A stretch of 64,000 bases of DNA from Cyclobacteriaceae bacterium (GTDB lineage Bacteria; Bacteroidota; Bacteroidia; Cytophagales; Cyclobacteriaceae), in assembly GCA_026989535.1 (NCBI GenBank), contig JALSJD010000102.1, positions 2,868 to 66,867 on the forward strand. The letters are read 5' to 3'. This document shows, one piece after another, positions 32,095 to 41,550 of the stretch. Numbering within the stretch: the stretch's first letter is position 1; every line of letters starts with the position of its first letter. The position numbers and the translations under genes were made by a program. The notes under the pieces were generated by a model. That model did not search any database. It was not told where the DNA came from and saw only the letters and a list, made by a program, of their open reading frames with translations.

Positions 32095-34221
32095 TTATTT
32101 TTTAACTCCTTTAACTTCTTCAATTATTTTCTCGGCCAAGTGCTTAGGCACTGGATCGTAATGTGAGAATGTAAGTGAGGCTGATGCTCTACCCGAAGTA
32201 ATTGTTCTAAGTGCAGTAACATAACCAAACAATTCTGATAATGGCACATCTGCTTTTAAGATTTGAGCGCCAGCTTTAGAATCCATTCCTTTCATTAAAC
32301 CTCTTCGCTTATTCAAGTCACCATTAACAGGGCCTGTATATTCTTCAGGGGTTACAACTTCTACCGCCATAATTGGCTCTAATAGTTGAGGCCCTGCTAG
32401 TTTAGAGGCTTGCTTAAACCCTATACGCGCAGCCAACTCAAATGACAACGCATCTGAATCCACATCGTGGAATGAACCATGAAACAATCGCACATATAAT
32501 GAATCAACAGGAAAACCAGCTAAAGTACCGTTGGTCATAGCAAGTTTAAAACCTTTTTCAATGGAAGGAATAAACTCCTTTGGAATAACACCACCTGAAA
32601 TTTTGTTTTCAAACAGAAGACCTTCTTTACTATCTTCTCTAGGCCCCATTTCAAACACGATGTCGGCAAATTTACCTTTACCACCCGATTGCTTTTTATA
32701 CACCTCTTTGTGCTCTACAAGCTTGGTAACATTTTCTTTATAGGCAACTTGAGGAGCCCCTTGGTTAATCTCAACACCAAACTCACGTCTTAATCGGTCG
32801 ATGATAATTTCCAAGTGAAGCTCGCCCATTCCTCTAAGAATAGTTTGACCAGTTTCCTCGTCCGTATTTACTCTTAAAGTAGGATCTTCTTCAATTAGCT
32901 TGGCAATTGCCATTCCTAATTTATCAACATCTGCCTGCGTTTTAGGCTCAATGGCATAACCAATAACTGGCTCTGGGAAAGACATCGATTCCAGAATAAT
33001 TTTATGTTTTTCGTTTACAAGCGAATCGCCAGTTTTAATATCTTTAAACCCTACACCAGCAGCAATATCGCCTGCTTCGGCTACTTTAATAGGATTTTGC
33101 TTATTTGAATGCATTTGCATTAAACGAGAAATACGTTCACGCTTACCAGTACGAGCATTATACACATAAGAGCCCGCTTCTAATCTACCAGAGTAAACTC
33201 TAAAGAAACATAAACGACCTACAAATGGGTCGGTAGCTATTTTAAATGCTAAAGCTGCAAATGGCTCATCTACATTTGGCTTTCTAACTTCAATTTTATC
33301 CGTATCAGGGTTGATTCCTTCAACAGGAGGCATATCCATTGGCGATGGCAAGTAAGCACAAACAGCATCAAGCATAGCTTGAACTCCTTTGTTTTTAAAT
33401 GCTGAACCACACATAACAGGAGAGAATGACATGTCAATTACCGCTTCGCGGATTGCTTTGTTCATTTCTGCCTCTGTAATACTTTCAGGGTCTTCGAAGA
33501 ATTTCTCTAAAAGAGCATCGTCATATTCAGCTACTGATTCTATCAGTTTCTGCCTCCACTCTTCTACCGTTTCCTTTAAATCTTCAGGGATTTCTATTTC
33601 TTTATAGGTCATTCCCATATCCTCATCGTTCCAAACAATTGCTTTGTTGGTGATAAGGTCAACTACTCCTACAAAATCTTCTTCAGCTCCAATCGGGATT
33701 TGAAGAGGCACAGGATTGGCTCCTAATTTTTCTTTAATTTCATTTACTGCTTTAAAGAAATCAGCTCCAGCACGATCCATTTTGTTTACAAAACAAATAC
33801 GAGGCACTTTATACTTATCGGCTTGTCTCCAAACAGTTTCTGATTGTGGTTCTACGCCAGATACGGCACAAAATAAAGCAACGGCTCCATCTAGTACACG
33901 TAATGATCGCTCTACTTCAACCGTAAAATCTACGTGACCAGGCGTATCTATAATATTAATACCGTACTCTTTTGTTAGATCAATTTTCTCGCCTTGATCT
34001 GTCGGGTATTTCCAAGAAGTAGTGGTTGCAGCAGAGGTAATGGTAATACCACGCTCTTGCTCTTGCTCCATCCAATCCATAGTGGCAGCACCATCATGTA
34101 CCTCCCCAATTTTATGGCTTAAACCAGTATAATACAGAATACGTTCTGTAGTGGTTGTTTTACCTGCATCGATGTGCGCCATGATGCCGATATTTCTTAG
34201 GTAATTTAAATCCTTAGCCAT
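32095..34221 (-). CDS. fusA: Elongation factor G
   Basis: 708 aa with [20 protein letters not shown] and DTPGHVDFT. Confidence 0.98.
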   Translation of the reverse strand: MAKDLNYLRNIGIMAHIDAGKTTTTERILYYTGLSHKIGEVHDGAATMDWMEQEQERGITITSAATTTSWKYPTDQGEKIDLTKEYGINIIDTPGHVDFTVEVERSLRVLDGAVALFCAVSGVEPQSETVWRQADKYKVPRICFVNKMDRAGADFFKAVNEIKEKLGANPVPLQIPIGAEEDFVGVVDLITNKAIVWNDEDMGMTYKEIEIPEDLKETVEEWRQKLIESVAEYDDALLEKFFEDPESITEAEMNKAIREAVIDMSFSPVMCGSAFKNKGVQAMLDAVCAYLPSPMDMPPVEGINPDTDKIEVRKPNVDEPFAALAFKIATDPFVGRLCFFRVYSGRLEAGSYVYNARTGKRERISRLMQMHSNKQNPIKVAEAGDIAAGVGFKDIKTGDSLVNEKHKIILESMSFPEPVIGYAIEPKTQADVDKLGMAIAKLIEEDPTLRVNTDEETGQTILRGMGELHLEIIIDRLRREFGVEINQGAPQVAYKENVTKLVEHKEVYKKQSGGKGKFADIVFEMGPREDSKEGLLFENKISGGVIPKEFIPSIEKGFKLAMTNGTLAGFPVDSLYVRLFHGSFHDVDSDALSFELAARIGFKQASKLAGPQLLEPIMAVEVVTPEEYTGPVNGDLNKRRGLMKGMDSKAGAQILKADVPLSELFGYVTALRTITSGRASASLTFSHYDPVPKHLAEKIIEEVKGVKK

Positions 34222-34223
34222 AA

Positions 34224-34691
34224 TTAAAAACGGAAATGCGAGAATGCCTTGTTTGCTTCGGCCATTCTATGCGTATCATCTTTCTTTTTAATTGAACCAC
34301 CTTCACCCTTTGAGGCTGCAATGATTTCTGCTGCTAGTTTATCTGTCATGGTTTTTTCGCCTCTCTTACGAGTAAACATAATCATCCATTTCATCCCTAG
34401 CGATATTTTACGGTCGGGCCGAACCTCTAAAGGAACTTGAAATGTGGCACCACCAACTCGTCTACTCTTAACTTCTACGGTAGGACTAACGTTAGCTAGT
34501 GCTTTTTTCCAAGTTTCAAGTCCATTCTCACCAGTTTTACTTTCTACCATTGCAATTGCATCGTAGAAAATAGAATAAGCAATACTCTTCTTACCATCGA
34601 TCATCAGATTGTTAACAAACCTTGTTACAAGGGTGTCAGCAAACTTTGGATCAGGCAGAATATACCTTTTCTTAGGTTTAGCTTTTCTCAT
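34224..34691 (-). CDS. rpsG: 30S ribosomal protein S7
   Basis: 155 aa, ending ...AFSHFRF. Confidence 0.97.
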   Translation of the reverse strand: MRKAKPKKRYILPDPKFADTLVTRFVNNLMIDGKKSIAYSIFYDAIAMVESKTGENGLETWKKALANVSPTVEVKSRRVGGATFQVPLEVRPDRKISLGMKWMIMFTRKRGEKTMTDKLAAEIIAASKGEGGSIKKKDDTHRMAEANKAFSHFRF

Positions 34692-34712
34692 TTACTTCTT
34701 AAATTTTTAAAA

Positions 34713-35087
34713 TTACTTTTTTGGGCGTTTCGCACCGTACTTCGAACGTCTTTGTGTTCTGCCACTTACACCTGCAGTATCTAGCGCACCTCTAATGATG
34801 TGATATCGTACACCGGGAAGATCTTTTACTCTTCCACCACGAATCAATACAATAGAGTGTTCTTGCAAATTATGACCCTCGCCTGGAATGTAGGCATTGA
34901 CCTCTTTACCGTTAGTTAACCTTACACGGGCAACTTTACGCATAGCGGAGTTTGGCTTTTTAGGGGTAGTTGTATATACCCTGGTACAAACTCCTCTACG
35001 TTGAGGACAAGAGTCAAGAGCAGGGGACTTAGACTTTGAAGTCAACTTTTTTCTTCCCTTTCTTACTAATTGTTGAATAGTAGGCAT
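34713..35087 (-). CDS. rpsL: 30S ribosomal protein S12
   Basis: [12 protein letters not shown]...PKKPNSA.RK. Confidence 0.97.
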   Translation of the reverse strand: MPTIQQLVRKGRKKLTSKSKSPALDSCPQRRGVCTRVYTTTPKKPNSAMRKVARVRLTNGKEVNAYIPGEGHNLQEHSIVLIRGGRVKDLPGVRYHIIRGALDTAGVSGRTQRRSKYGAKRPKK

Positions 35088-35131
35088 CTATCTATCTTTT
35101 TAATACGAATTTGCGGCCTTCGCAAAATTTC

Positions 35132-35145
35132 GGACTGCAAAGATA
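35132..35145 (-). promoter_or_regulatory. Candidate promoter of the str operon (TATCTTTGCAGTCC, with TTTG about 20 nt upstream)
   Basis: -7 box TATCTTTG at 35145-35138 (minus strand). A TTTG at 35169-35166 gives -33/-7 spacing of about 20 nt. Confidence 0.5.
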
Positions 35146-35264
35146 TAAAATTGGAAATTAGAATACAAAGGTTGTTAGATATTTAGGGGAGAAATAAATG
35201 GAGAGAGGTAAACTCCACTAAAAGGGGTTGCAAAAATAAGTGTTATTTTGTTAAATAAAGCATT

Positions 35265-35290
35265 AAAATGGCACGTGGGGACACGTGCCA
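35265..35290 (-). terminator. Rho-independent terminator after the HAD hydrolase gene
   Basis: TGGCACGTG-tccc-CACGTGCCA 9-bp stem followed by TTTT on the minus strand. Confidence 0.6.
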
Positions 35291-35340
35291 AGGATTAAGT
35301 TATATGCAAGGCAAAATCGGCAAGAAAGGCTCTGGGGGAA

Positions 35341-36036
35341 TCACAAAATATCCAATAACTCATCCATCTGGTTAATGGTATGAGTAGGCTCCACAGCACA
35401 TTTCTTTTTGTGCACATTATAATAAATTTGATCCATACCGTAGCTATGCGCACCTTCTATATCCGATAATGGATTATCTCCAATCATAATGCACTCCTCT
35501 TTGGGGGCTTCAATTTCATTTAGGGCAAAATCAAAAATTTCGGGTTCAGGTTTACGAAACCCTGCCCTGCCCGATGTAATTACTTTGCCAAAATATGGAG
35601 CCAACCCTCCTGCCTTAATTTTAATAAATTGAATTTCGTCAAAGCCGTTGGATAAAATATGAAATTGATATTTCGATTTAAACTTTTCGAGTACATCAAA
35701 CACTCCTGCTACCAATTTGGGCTTGGCAGAGCAGGTACTCATAAAGCTATCTTGCATGTGCATAGCTATTCCATTCAATTCAATATTTAGCTTTTTAAAA
35801 ACCCTAGGAAATCGCTCCCTTCTAATATCGGCACGAGTTACCTGACCATGATCAAATTGATCCCACAAGTTGTTGTTTACTTCTTTAAAAGCATTAATAA
35901 AAGCTGTTGCGCTTACCCCTTTAACGCCTAAATTATACGTATCAAAAAGTTCGAGTAATGTATCGAGCGAATTTTGTTGAAAATCCCATAATGTATCATC
36001 TAAATCAAAAATCAGGTGTTTTTTATCTTTTTCCAT
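35341..36036 (-). CDS. HAD-IA hydrolase, YjjG-like nucleotidase
   Basis: DLDDTLWDF motif I, SNG and a GD.P.SDI motif. Confidence 0.75.
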   Translation of the reverse strand: MEKDKKHLIFDLDDTLWDFQQNSLDTLLELFDTYNLGVKGVSATAFINAFKEVNNNLWDQFDHGQVTRADIRRERFPRVFKKLNIELNGIAMHMQDSFMSTCSAKPKLVAGVFDVLEKFKSKYQFHILSNGFDEIQFIKIKAGGLAPYFGKVITSGRAGFRKPEPEIFDFALNEIEAPKEECIMIGDNPLSDIEGAHSYGMDQIYYNVHKKKCAVEPTHTINQMDELLDIL

Positions 36037-36407
36037 TTATGTGCTGGTATTTTATTTTGCGCCAATTCGCGATTAGTACCTAAAATCTCATAGGTTTCAA
36101 TATCTTTTTCCAGTTGCTGGTCTTTTTCAATAAAATCGATAAACTGACTTATTACATCGTACACCTCATCTTTAATAAAATAAATAACCCACTGATCGAG
36201 TTTAACAGAAGAAAGCATCCCTGAGTTTTTTAAATAAGTAATATGCCTTGAAGTTTTTGTTTGACTAAAATCAAGGATGTGTTCTAAATCTGAAATAGTC
36301 ATTGCCCCTTTATTAATAAGCAAATTAAGTACACGCAGGCGTGCCTCATCACCTAATGCTTTCATTAGTTGAGTACCAATACTTAGATTAAATCTAGTGA
36401 GCCGCAT
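36012..36407 (-). CDS. ArsR/SmtB-family HTH transcriptional regulator
   Basis: ALGDEARLRVLNLL...MTISDLEHILDFSQTKTSRHITYLKNSGM. Probable start at MRLTRF (36407). Confidence 0.7.
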   Translation of the reverse strand: MRLTRFNLSIGTQLMKALGDEARLRVLNLLINKGAMTISDLEHILDFSQTKTSRHITYLKNSGMLSSVKLDQWVIYFIKDEVYDVISQFIDFIEKDQQLEKDIETYEILGTNRELAQNKIPAHKWKKIKNT

Positions 36408-36476
36408 TATTATATAAATTAAGCACAAATTAAGCAATTGATTTGCTAATCTATCTAATATAATAATTGTAATTAA

Positions 36477-36484
36477 TATCTTTG
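36477..36484 (+). promoter_or_regulatory. Candidate -7 box (TATCTTTG)
   Basis: Ends 7 nt before ATG 36491. Confidence 0.4.
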
Positions 36485-36490
36485 AGCTTT

Positions 36491-37129
36491 ATGAGCAGAT
36501 TAAAATTCATACTTAAAGGTGCTTTATTTAGCATATTAGCCCTTATTACGTTTTTATTGCCCAAAAATCTCGTTGCCCAAAGTCAAGAAATTGTACAGTT
36601 AACAGGGATGGTTGTAAGTGATAATGGCCAGACTGCCGTACCTGGAGTTCATATTTATGTGCCTAAATATGGCAGGGGTACTACCTCCAATAGTTATGGT
36701 TACTTTTCGATGCCTGTATTAGTGGGTGATGAACTGATACTGAGTTCTATAGGCTTTCTTAAGCAGCATTTTTTAATACCCCAAGGCACCAACGGAAGGG
36801 TAAATGTGGTATTTAAAATGGAAACCGATACTGTTTATTTAGAAAATATCGACATTACGCCATTCTTATCTGAAAGGATGTTTAAAGAAGCTATACTGGC
36901 GATGAATTTACCCGATGCGGGCGAAATGATTGGTAATAGGTTGGATGGAAACGCATTATCGGCCTTGGTGAGGACTATGCCTTATGATGCCAGCTTAAAT
37001 GCTAGTTACTATTTTAATCAGCAACTGTATTACATGCAAGATAATTACGGTCCAAGAGCTAATCCTTTCTTGAATCCATTTAATTGGTCTAGGTTTATAA
37101 AATCATTAGACAAAAAGAAGAAAAAATAA
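36491..37129 (+). CDS. Carboxypeptidase-regulatory-like (CarboxypepD_reg) domain protein
   Basis: Signal/TM segment, then LTGMVVSDNGQTAVPGVHIYVPKYGRGTTSNSYGYFSMPV. Confidence 0.6.
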   Translation: MSRLKFILKGALFSILALITFLLPKNLVAQSQEIVQLTGMVVSDNGQTAVPGVHIYVPKYGRGTTSNSYGYFSMPVLVGDELILSSIGFLKQHFLIPQGTNGRVNVVFKMETDTVYLENIDITPFLSERMFKEAILAMNLPDAGEMIGNRLDGNALSALVRTMPYDASLNASYYFNQQLYYMQDNYGPRANPFLNPFNWSRFIKSLDKKKKK

Positions 37130-37351
37130 ACTCTTCTCACTCACCTACCTAATAATTAAAGTGTTAAAGCTACTACAATTAGTACTGCAAGTAAAACATA
37201 AATTACTCCAATTAATATTTTAAAAAAATTAAGTTCTGACTTTTTCATTTCTGTGTAATTAGTTCTCATACCAACTATACTATCATAATGATGCCAGAAA
37301 TAATAATGCCTCTAAAACAGATATAGAGCCACTTTATAATATATGGAGTAC

Positions 37352-37396
37352 AAAAAAAGTTCCATTTTGGGACATTTGTCTTCAAAATGGAACTTT
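37352..37396 (-). terminator. Rho-independent terminator after rpoD
   Basis: Perfect 13-bp stem AAAGTTCCATTTT / AAAATGGAACTTT followed by a T run on the minus strand. Confidence 0.75.
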
Positions 37397-37419
37397 AGTT
37401 AAAAATGGGAATTGCTCTA

Positions 37420-38286
37420 TTATCCTAAGTATTGCACCAAATTCGTTGATCTGTTAGATGCACGTAACTCTCGCAATGACTTTTCTTTTAACTGGCGTAC
37501 TCTTTCGCGAGTTAAGCCAAGCTCATCGCTTATTTGCTCTAATGAAAGTGCATTTTCTCGACCTATTCCAAAAAACATTTTTAAAATCTCTCTATCTTTT
37601 GGTTTAAGGGTTGATAGCGACCGTTCTGCTTCAACAGACAACGATCCTGTATAAGCTACTCCTTTGTCAGTTTCATCAATCGACTTATCCATTAACACGT
37701 CTAATAATGAATTATCGTCTTCGTTGGCAAATGGAGCATCCATCGAAAGTTGCCTCATATTACCATCTAACGTTTTCTTTACTTCGCTCACGCTCATCTC
37801 CAGCACTTGTGCCAATTCCTCATCCGTTGGTTCTCTTTCAAGGTTTTGCTGCATTTCAGAAGCCGTTCTTCGAATACGGTTAAGCGTGCCTACTCTGTTA
37901 AGAGGCATACGTACCATTCTAGAATTTTCGGCCAAGGCCTGCATAATGGATTGACGAATCCACCATACTGCATAGGAAATAAATTTAAACCCTCTCGTAT
38001 GGTCAAACTTTTTTGCTGCTTTTATAAGGCCAATATTACCTTCGTTAATTAAATCATTTAACGTAAGGTTTCTATTTTGATATTGTTTTGCAACCGATAC
38101 CACAAATCTTAAGTTTGCACGCACTAATTTTTCTAGGGCAGCTTCATCTCCCTCTTTTATTCGTATAGATAATTCTGCTTCGTCATCCGAAGTAATCATA
38201 TCTATTCTATTTACATCCTGGAAATACTTTTCTAATGATTGGTTTTCCCTTGTTGTAATGTTCTGACTTATTTTTAATTGTCTCAT
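37420..38286 (-). CDS. rpoD: Primary-type RNA polymerase sigma-70 factor (short Bacteroidota form)
   Basis: Regions 2-4 are recognisable (ANLRFVVSVAKQY, YAVWWIRQ, LTRERVRQLKEKSLR). Start at MRQLKISQ (38286). Confidence 0.9.
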   Translation of the reverse strand: MRQLKISQNITTRENQSLEKYFQDVNRIDMITSDDEAELSIRIKEGDEAALEKLVRANLRFVVSVAKQYQNRNLTLNDLINEGNIGLIKAAKKFDHTRGFKFISYAVWWIRQSIMQALAENSRMVRMPLNRVGTLNRIRRTASEMQQNLEREPTDEELAQVLEMSVSEVKKTLDGNMRQLSMDAPFANEDDNSLLDVLMDKSIDETDKGVAYTGSLSVEAERSLSTLKPKDREILKMFFGIGRENALSLEQISDELGLTRERVRQLKEKSLRELRASNRSTNLVQYLG

Positions 38287-38313
38287 AACGCTTATGTTAC
38301 AGTAATAACGATA

Positions 38314-38321
38314 CAAAGCTA
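38314..38321 (-). promoter_or_regulatory. Candidate -7 box (TAGCTTTG on minus strand)
   Basis: About 27 nt upstream of rpoD ATG 38286. Confidence 0.4.
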
Positions 38322-38508
38322 GTAACAGTTCCGTATCTTCCTATAAGATGAATACCTAAATTGCAAAATAGGTAAATTACCTATACGCTATTTCGCATTT
38401 AATGCCCCTTATAGCCCATATATATGGTAACGACAAGATAGGTAACAATATTGGATTATGAAAATTATTTTTTTCTTAAACGAGCCGCTTGTTTCTAGCC
38501 TGTATAAT

Positions 38509-38710
38509 TCAGGTTAAATATTTCTCAAATTGGTAAGCTTTGTATTTATCGGTAAATACAATATATGTTTCAACTTTAACTGGCAATCGAGACTTTGTAT
38601 AATGAACTTCACCACGATTATGACGTACAAGCCTTTTTTCAAGGTGGTGGGTACAGCCAGTGTAGTGTGCGAGCCGTCTGCACATGTAAGTATATAAACA
38701 GTCTAGGCAT
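38509..38710 (-). pseudogene. Frameshifted small GIY-YIG (URI-domain) nuclease relic
   Basis: The minus-strand translation is spread over three frames: MPRL.. / ..VYILTCADGS / HYTGCTHHLEKRLVRHNRGEVHYTKSRLPVKVETYIVFTDKYKAYQFEKYLT. No single intact ORF. Confidence 0.5.
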
Positions 38711-38784
38711 CTTTCATTTTATTGATTAATGCCGTGGACCGCATCCACCGAAGCCCTCCTACGCTGAAGCTTCGGAGGACGAAA

Positions 38785-38801
38785 GTGGAGTCGCAGGGAT
38801 T
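38785..38801 (-). repeat. 17-nt direct duplicate of the ssrA 3' end (att-like scar)
   Basis: GTGGAGTCGCAGGGATT is identical to 38953-38969. Confidence 0.7.
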
Positions 38802-38913
38802 ACCTTTGGTTATCCCAACGCTAGGTAAAAGGGTACAAAGCATTGTAAGCCAAATGCTTCGCATTACAGGTTTTTTATTAGAGTTGACCCAAACAAGTTT
38901 GGCAAATTCTAAT

Positions 38914-38941
38914 AAAAAAAAGCCAGCCCTTTCGGGTGGCT
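38914..38941 (-). terminator. Rho-independent terminator of ssrA
   Basis: Minus strand reads GCCACCC-gaaa-GGGCTGGC followed by T8. Confidence 0.75.
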
Positions 38942-38953
38942 TTCAATACTTTG

Positions 38954-39357
38954 TGGAGTCGCAGGGATTCGAACCCTGGTCCAGATAAGGAAACCATATA
39001 CCCTCTACATGCTTAGTTTCACTTTAGGTTTTAGAGGAAGGCCGGCCGGAAACAAGCCAACTACAACCCTTAGCTACGTAGTTTCTCACCTTTAACAAGT
39101 AGCCAGTTAAAGGCCAGTTTTGCTTTTTCGACACCTCAATTCCAAATCAACAGAACAAAATTTGGGAAGATGTGGCCAGGTACCGTTCTTAACAGTAAAC
39201 CTTTTAAGCCTGCAATTTTAGCTCAAAGCTAAAATTAGGCAGCCATGGCGTAATTAGATTCGCCAAATATGGTTTGAGTATATTGATTACGGATGTTCAC
39301 TCCTCACCCGACATGCCAGTATATAATATTCGCCTACTGTCAATTCCAGTCGACCCC
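38954..39357 (-). ncRNA. ssrA: tmRNA (transfer-messenger RNA)
   Basis: 5' GGGGTCGACTGGAATTGACAG pairs with 3' ...GGTTCGAATCCCTGCGACTCCA, including the G-U pair at position 3. The tag reading frame GGCGAATCTAATTACGCCATGGCTGCCTAA encodes GESNYAMAA-stop (39235-39264). CCA is not encoded. Confidence 0.92.
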
Positions 39358-39370
39358 ATATCGTTTTATA

Positions 39371-39384
39371 GGACTGCAAAGATA
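39371..39384 (-). promoter_or_regulatory. Candidate ssrA promoter (TATCTTTGCAGTCC)
   Basis: The -7 box ends 20 nt upstream of the mature 5' end. Confidence 0.5.
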
Positions 39385-39669
39385 ATTAGATAAGAAATAT
39401 AAAATGCGAAATATGAATAAAATGTGAGATATGAGGCACCTATTCACCCATTAAAGGTTCATTTTTACCCACTAGGGTACGAAGTCTCCAAGTTTCACAA
39501 AAAGTTATGTGCTTTAAGTTATTATTTTGTGGTTCTTTGAGCCTTTTTGTCTTTGTGGCTATGCTTTTTTGGGTGAACAGTTACGATATGAGATATGAAA
39601 AAAATCTAATGTCTAAAAATCTAACGTCTAACGTCTAAAATCTTATCTCTTCTTCTTATCTTCGAGGCG

Positions 39670-40767
39670 ATGGAAAATTTTGTTGTTTCAGCACGTAAGT
39701 ACCGCCCACAGGGCTTTGAAGAAGTGATAGGTCAATCTCATATTACCACCACCCTACAAAATGCAATAGGTAATGATCATATAGCGCAAGCCATGCTTTT
39801 TTGTGGACCGCGAGGGGTAGGCAAAACTACCTGTGCGCGTATTGTGGCCAAAATGATAAACAATACAGAAGGAGAAGATGCCATTGACCTTTCGCTTAAT
39901 ATTTTTGAGCTTGATGCGGCTTCTAATAATTCGGTAGATGATATTCGTAACTTAATCGATCAAGTACGATACCCACCCCAAACCGGCAAGTATAAAATAT
40001 ATATTATAGATGAGGTACATATGCTTTCGCAACAGGCTTTTAATGCCTTTTTAAAAACGCTTGAAGAGCCTCCTTCTTATGCCATTTTTATTTTGGCCAC
40101 CACCGAAAAGCATAAAGTACTACCCACCATACTTTCGCGTTGCCAAATTTATGATTTTAACCGCATCCAAGTTTCAGACATAGCGACCCATTTGTTAAAA
40201 ATTGCCGAAGCTGAAAATATAAAAACAGAAGAAGAAGCTTTACACCTCATTGCCCAAAAGTCTGATGGAGCCTTGCGTGATGCCCTTTCGCTTTTTGATT
40301 TAATTGTTACTTTTTCGGCAGAAGGAGCCGTTTCCTATGCAGATACAGTAAGTAATCTTCACATTCTCGATTATGATACCTATTTTAAATTGGTAAGTTA
40401 TTTTTTAGAAAAGAATCAATCAGACGCATTATTACTTTTTGATGAAATTTTAAAAAATGGGTTTGATGGACATGAATTTATTATTGGCCTAGCCAATCAT
40501 TTTAGAAATTTAATGATGTGCAAGGACAATGCCACTACCCCTTTGCTAGATGTACCCAGCAGTGTGCAAGCTAAATATGCCGACCAAGCCAATCATTGCT
40601 CACTATCTTTTTTAATGAATGGGCTCAACCTTCTTTCTACATGCGATTTTGAATATAAGAGCAGAAAAAACCAACGCTTGCATATTGAAATCACTTTAAT
40701 GAAACTAACCCACTTAAATGCATTGATTAATGTTGCTCAGTTGGAGGCGAGCACCGAAAAAAAGTAG
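39670..40767 (+). CDS. dnaX: DNA polymerase III gamma/tau subunit, 0-frame (gamma-sized, 365 aa) product
   Basis: ARKYRPQ.F..V.GQ, GPRGVGKTT and IIDEVHMLS motifs. The frame ends ...GAA AAA AAG TAG. Confidence 0.92.
   Translation: MENFVVSARKYRPQGFEEVIGQSHITTTLQNAIGNDHIAQAMLFCGPRGVGKTTCARIVAKMINNTEGEDAIDLSLNIFELDAASNNSVDDIRNLIDQVRYPPQTGKYKIYIIDEVHMLSQQAFNAFLKTLEEPPSYAIFILATTEKHKVLPTILSRCQIYDFNRIQVSDIATHLLKIAEAENIKTEEEALHLIAQKSDGALRDALSLFDLIVTFSAEGAVSYADTVSNLHILDYDTYFKLVSYFLEKNQSDALLLFDEILKNGFDGHEFIIGLANHFRNLMMCKDNATTPLLDVPSSVQAKYADQANHCSLSFLMNGLNLLSTCDFEYKSRKNQRLHIEITLMKLTHLNALINVAQLEASTEKK
40743..40767 (+). promoter_or_regulatory. Candidate -1 recoding site: GGAGG, 10-nt spacer, A AAA AAG heptamer, 0-frame TAG
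   Basis: GGAGG at 40743-40747, an A7 run at 40757-40763 (heptamer 40758-40764), and TAG at 40765-40767. Confidence 0.5.
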
Positions 40768-41336
40768 CAAAGCCTATTGAAAAGGCGACCATTAGCCCCC
40801 CAGTAACGCAGGATAAACCTGAACCGCAAGCACTGCCTACGGTAAAAGTTTCGAGTACTCCTAAAAAAACAATTGGAATACCTACAATCGGCAGTGTTAA
40901 ATCTAAGCTGGCTTCGCAAAAAGAAGAAAAGAAAAGAGAACTTAGGCCTACCGAGACAAAAAAATCGAAGTCGAATAATTTTACAGATGAAGACTTAGCT
41001 AAATCGTGGACTCAATTTATTGATACTCGAAAGAAATTAGGAAACGACCAAGAAGTAGCATTTCTTAAACATAATTATGTGCGTGAGGATTCAGTAGTTA
41101 CTATACAAATTCATAATTCCATTTTAGAACTCACATTTGATAAAATTAAGGTTGAATTACAAGCGCATTTAAGGCTAACCTTACAAAACGATACTGTTAA
41201 AGTAGAGCTTGAAAAACTAGAGAGTTCGACAAAAAAAATGCTTTATACTAATAAAGAAAAGTTTGATCACTTAGCAGAAAAGTATCCTTCTTTAAAACTA
41301 TTGCAAGAAAAGTTGAGTTTAGACCCCGATTATTGA
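40764..41336 (+). CDS. dnaX: dnaX tau-specific C-terminal extension, read in the -1 frame
   Basis: The -1 frame is open from the heptamer to 41336: ..KKVAKPIEKATISPPVTQDKPEPQ...FTDEDLAKSWTQFIDTRKK...LQEKLSLDPDY. The ORF track shows only its last 85 codons (41079..41336). Confidence 0.65.
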   Translation, partial: VAKPIEKATISPPVTQDKPEPQALPTVKVSSTPKKTIGIPTIGSVKSKLASQKEEKKRELRPTETKKSKSNNFTDEDLAKSWTQFIDTRKKLGNDQEVAFLKHNYVREDSVVTIQIHNSILELTFDKIKVELQAHLRLTLQNDTVKVELEKLESSTKKMLYTNKEKFDHLAEKYPSLKLLQEKLSLDPDY

Positions 41337-41550
41337 AATTAGACCAAGTGGAGAATCGACAATGCTGAGCTAAAAACAAAGTTCATTCCTTCCGAGTACT
41401 TCGGAAGAATCCCAAATTGGTCAATTCTATATTACAGATTTCTACCTTCGAAAGAATGACGTAATGCTCTTTTTCGGGTTATTATCAGAGGGCAGGAGTA
41501 CTGTTTTCAATCCGATGGTTACCAGATGCTGAATTATTTAGAATTTAGCT

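Noticed and set aside
38722-38988. 88-aa plus-strand ORF
   Set aside because: It reads across the att-like repeat, the ssrA terminator and the 3' end of tmRNA on the opposite strand. It is an artefact of non-coding structured DNA.
40737-40919. 60-aa minus-strand ORF over the dnaX frameshift junction
   Set aside because: It is antisense to the continuous dnaX 0 and -1 coding frames. It is Arg/Cys/Phe-rich, with no support.
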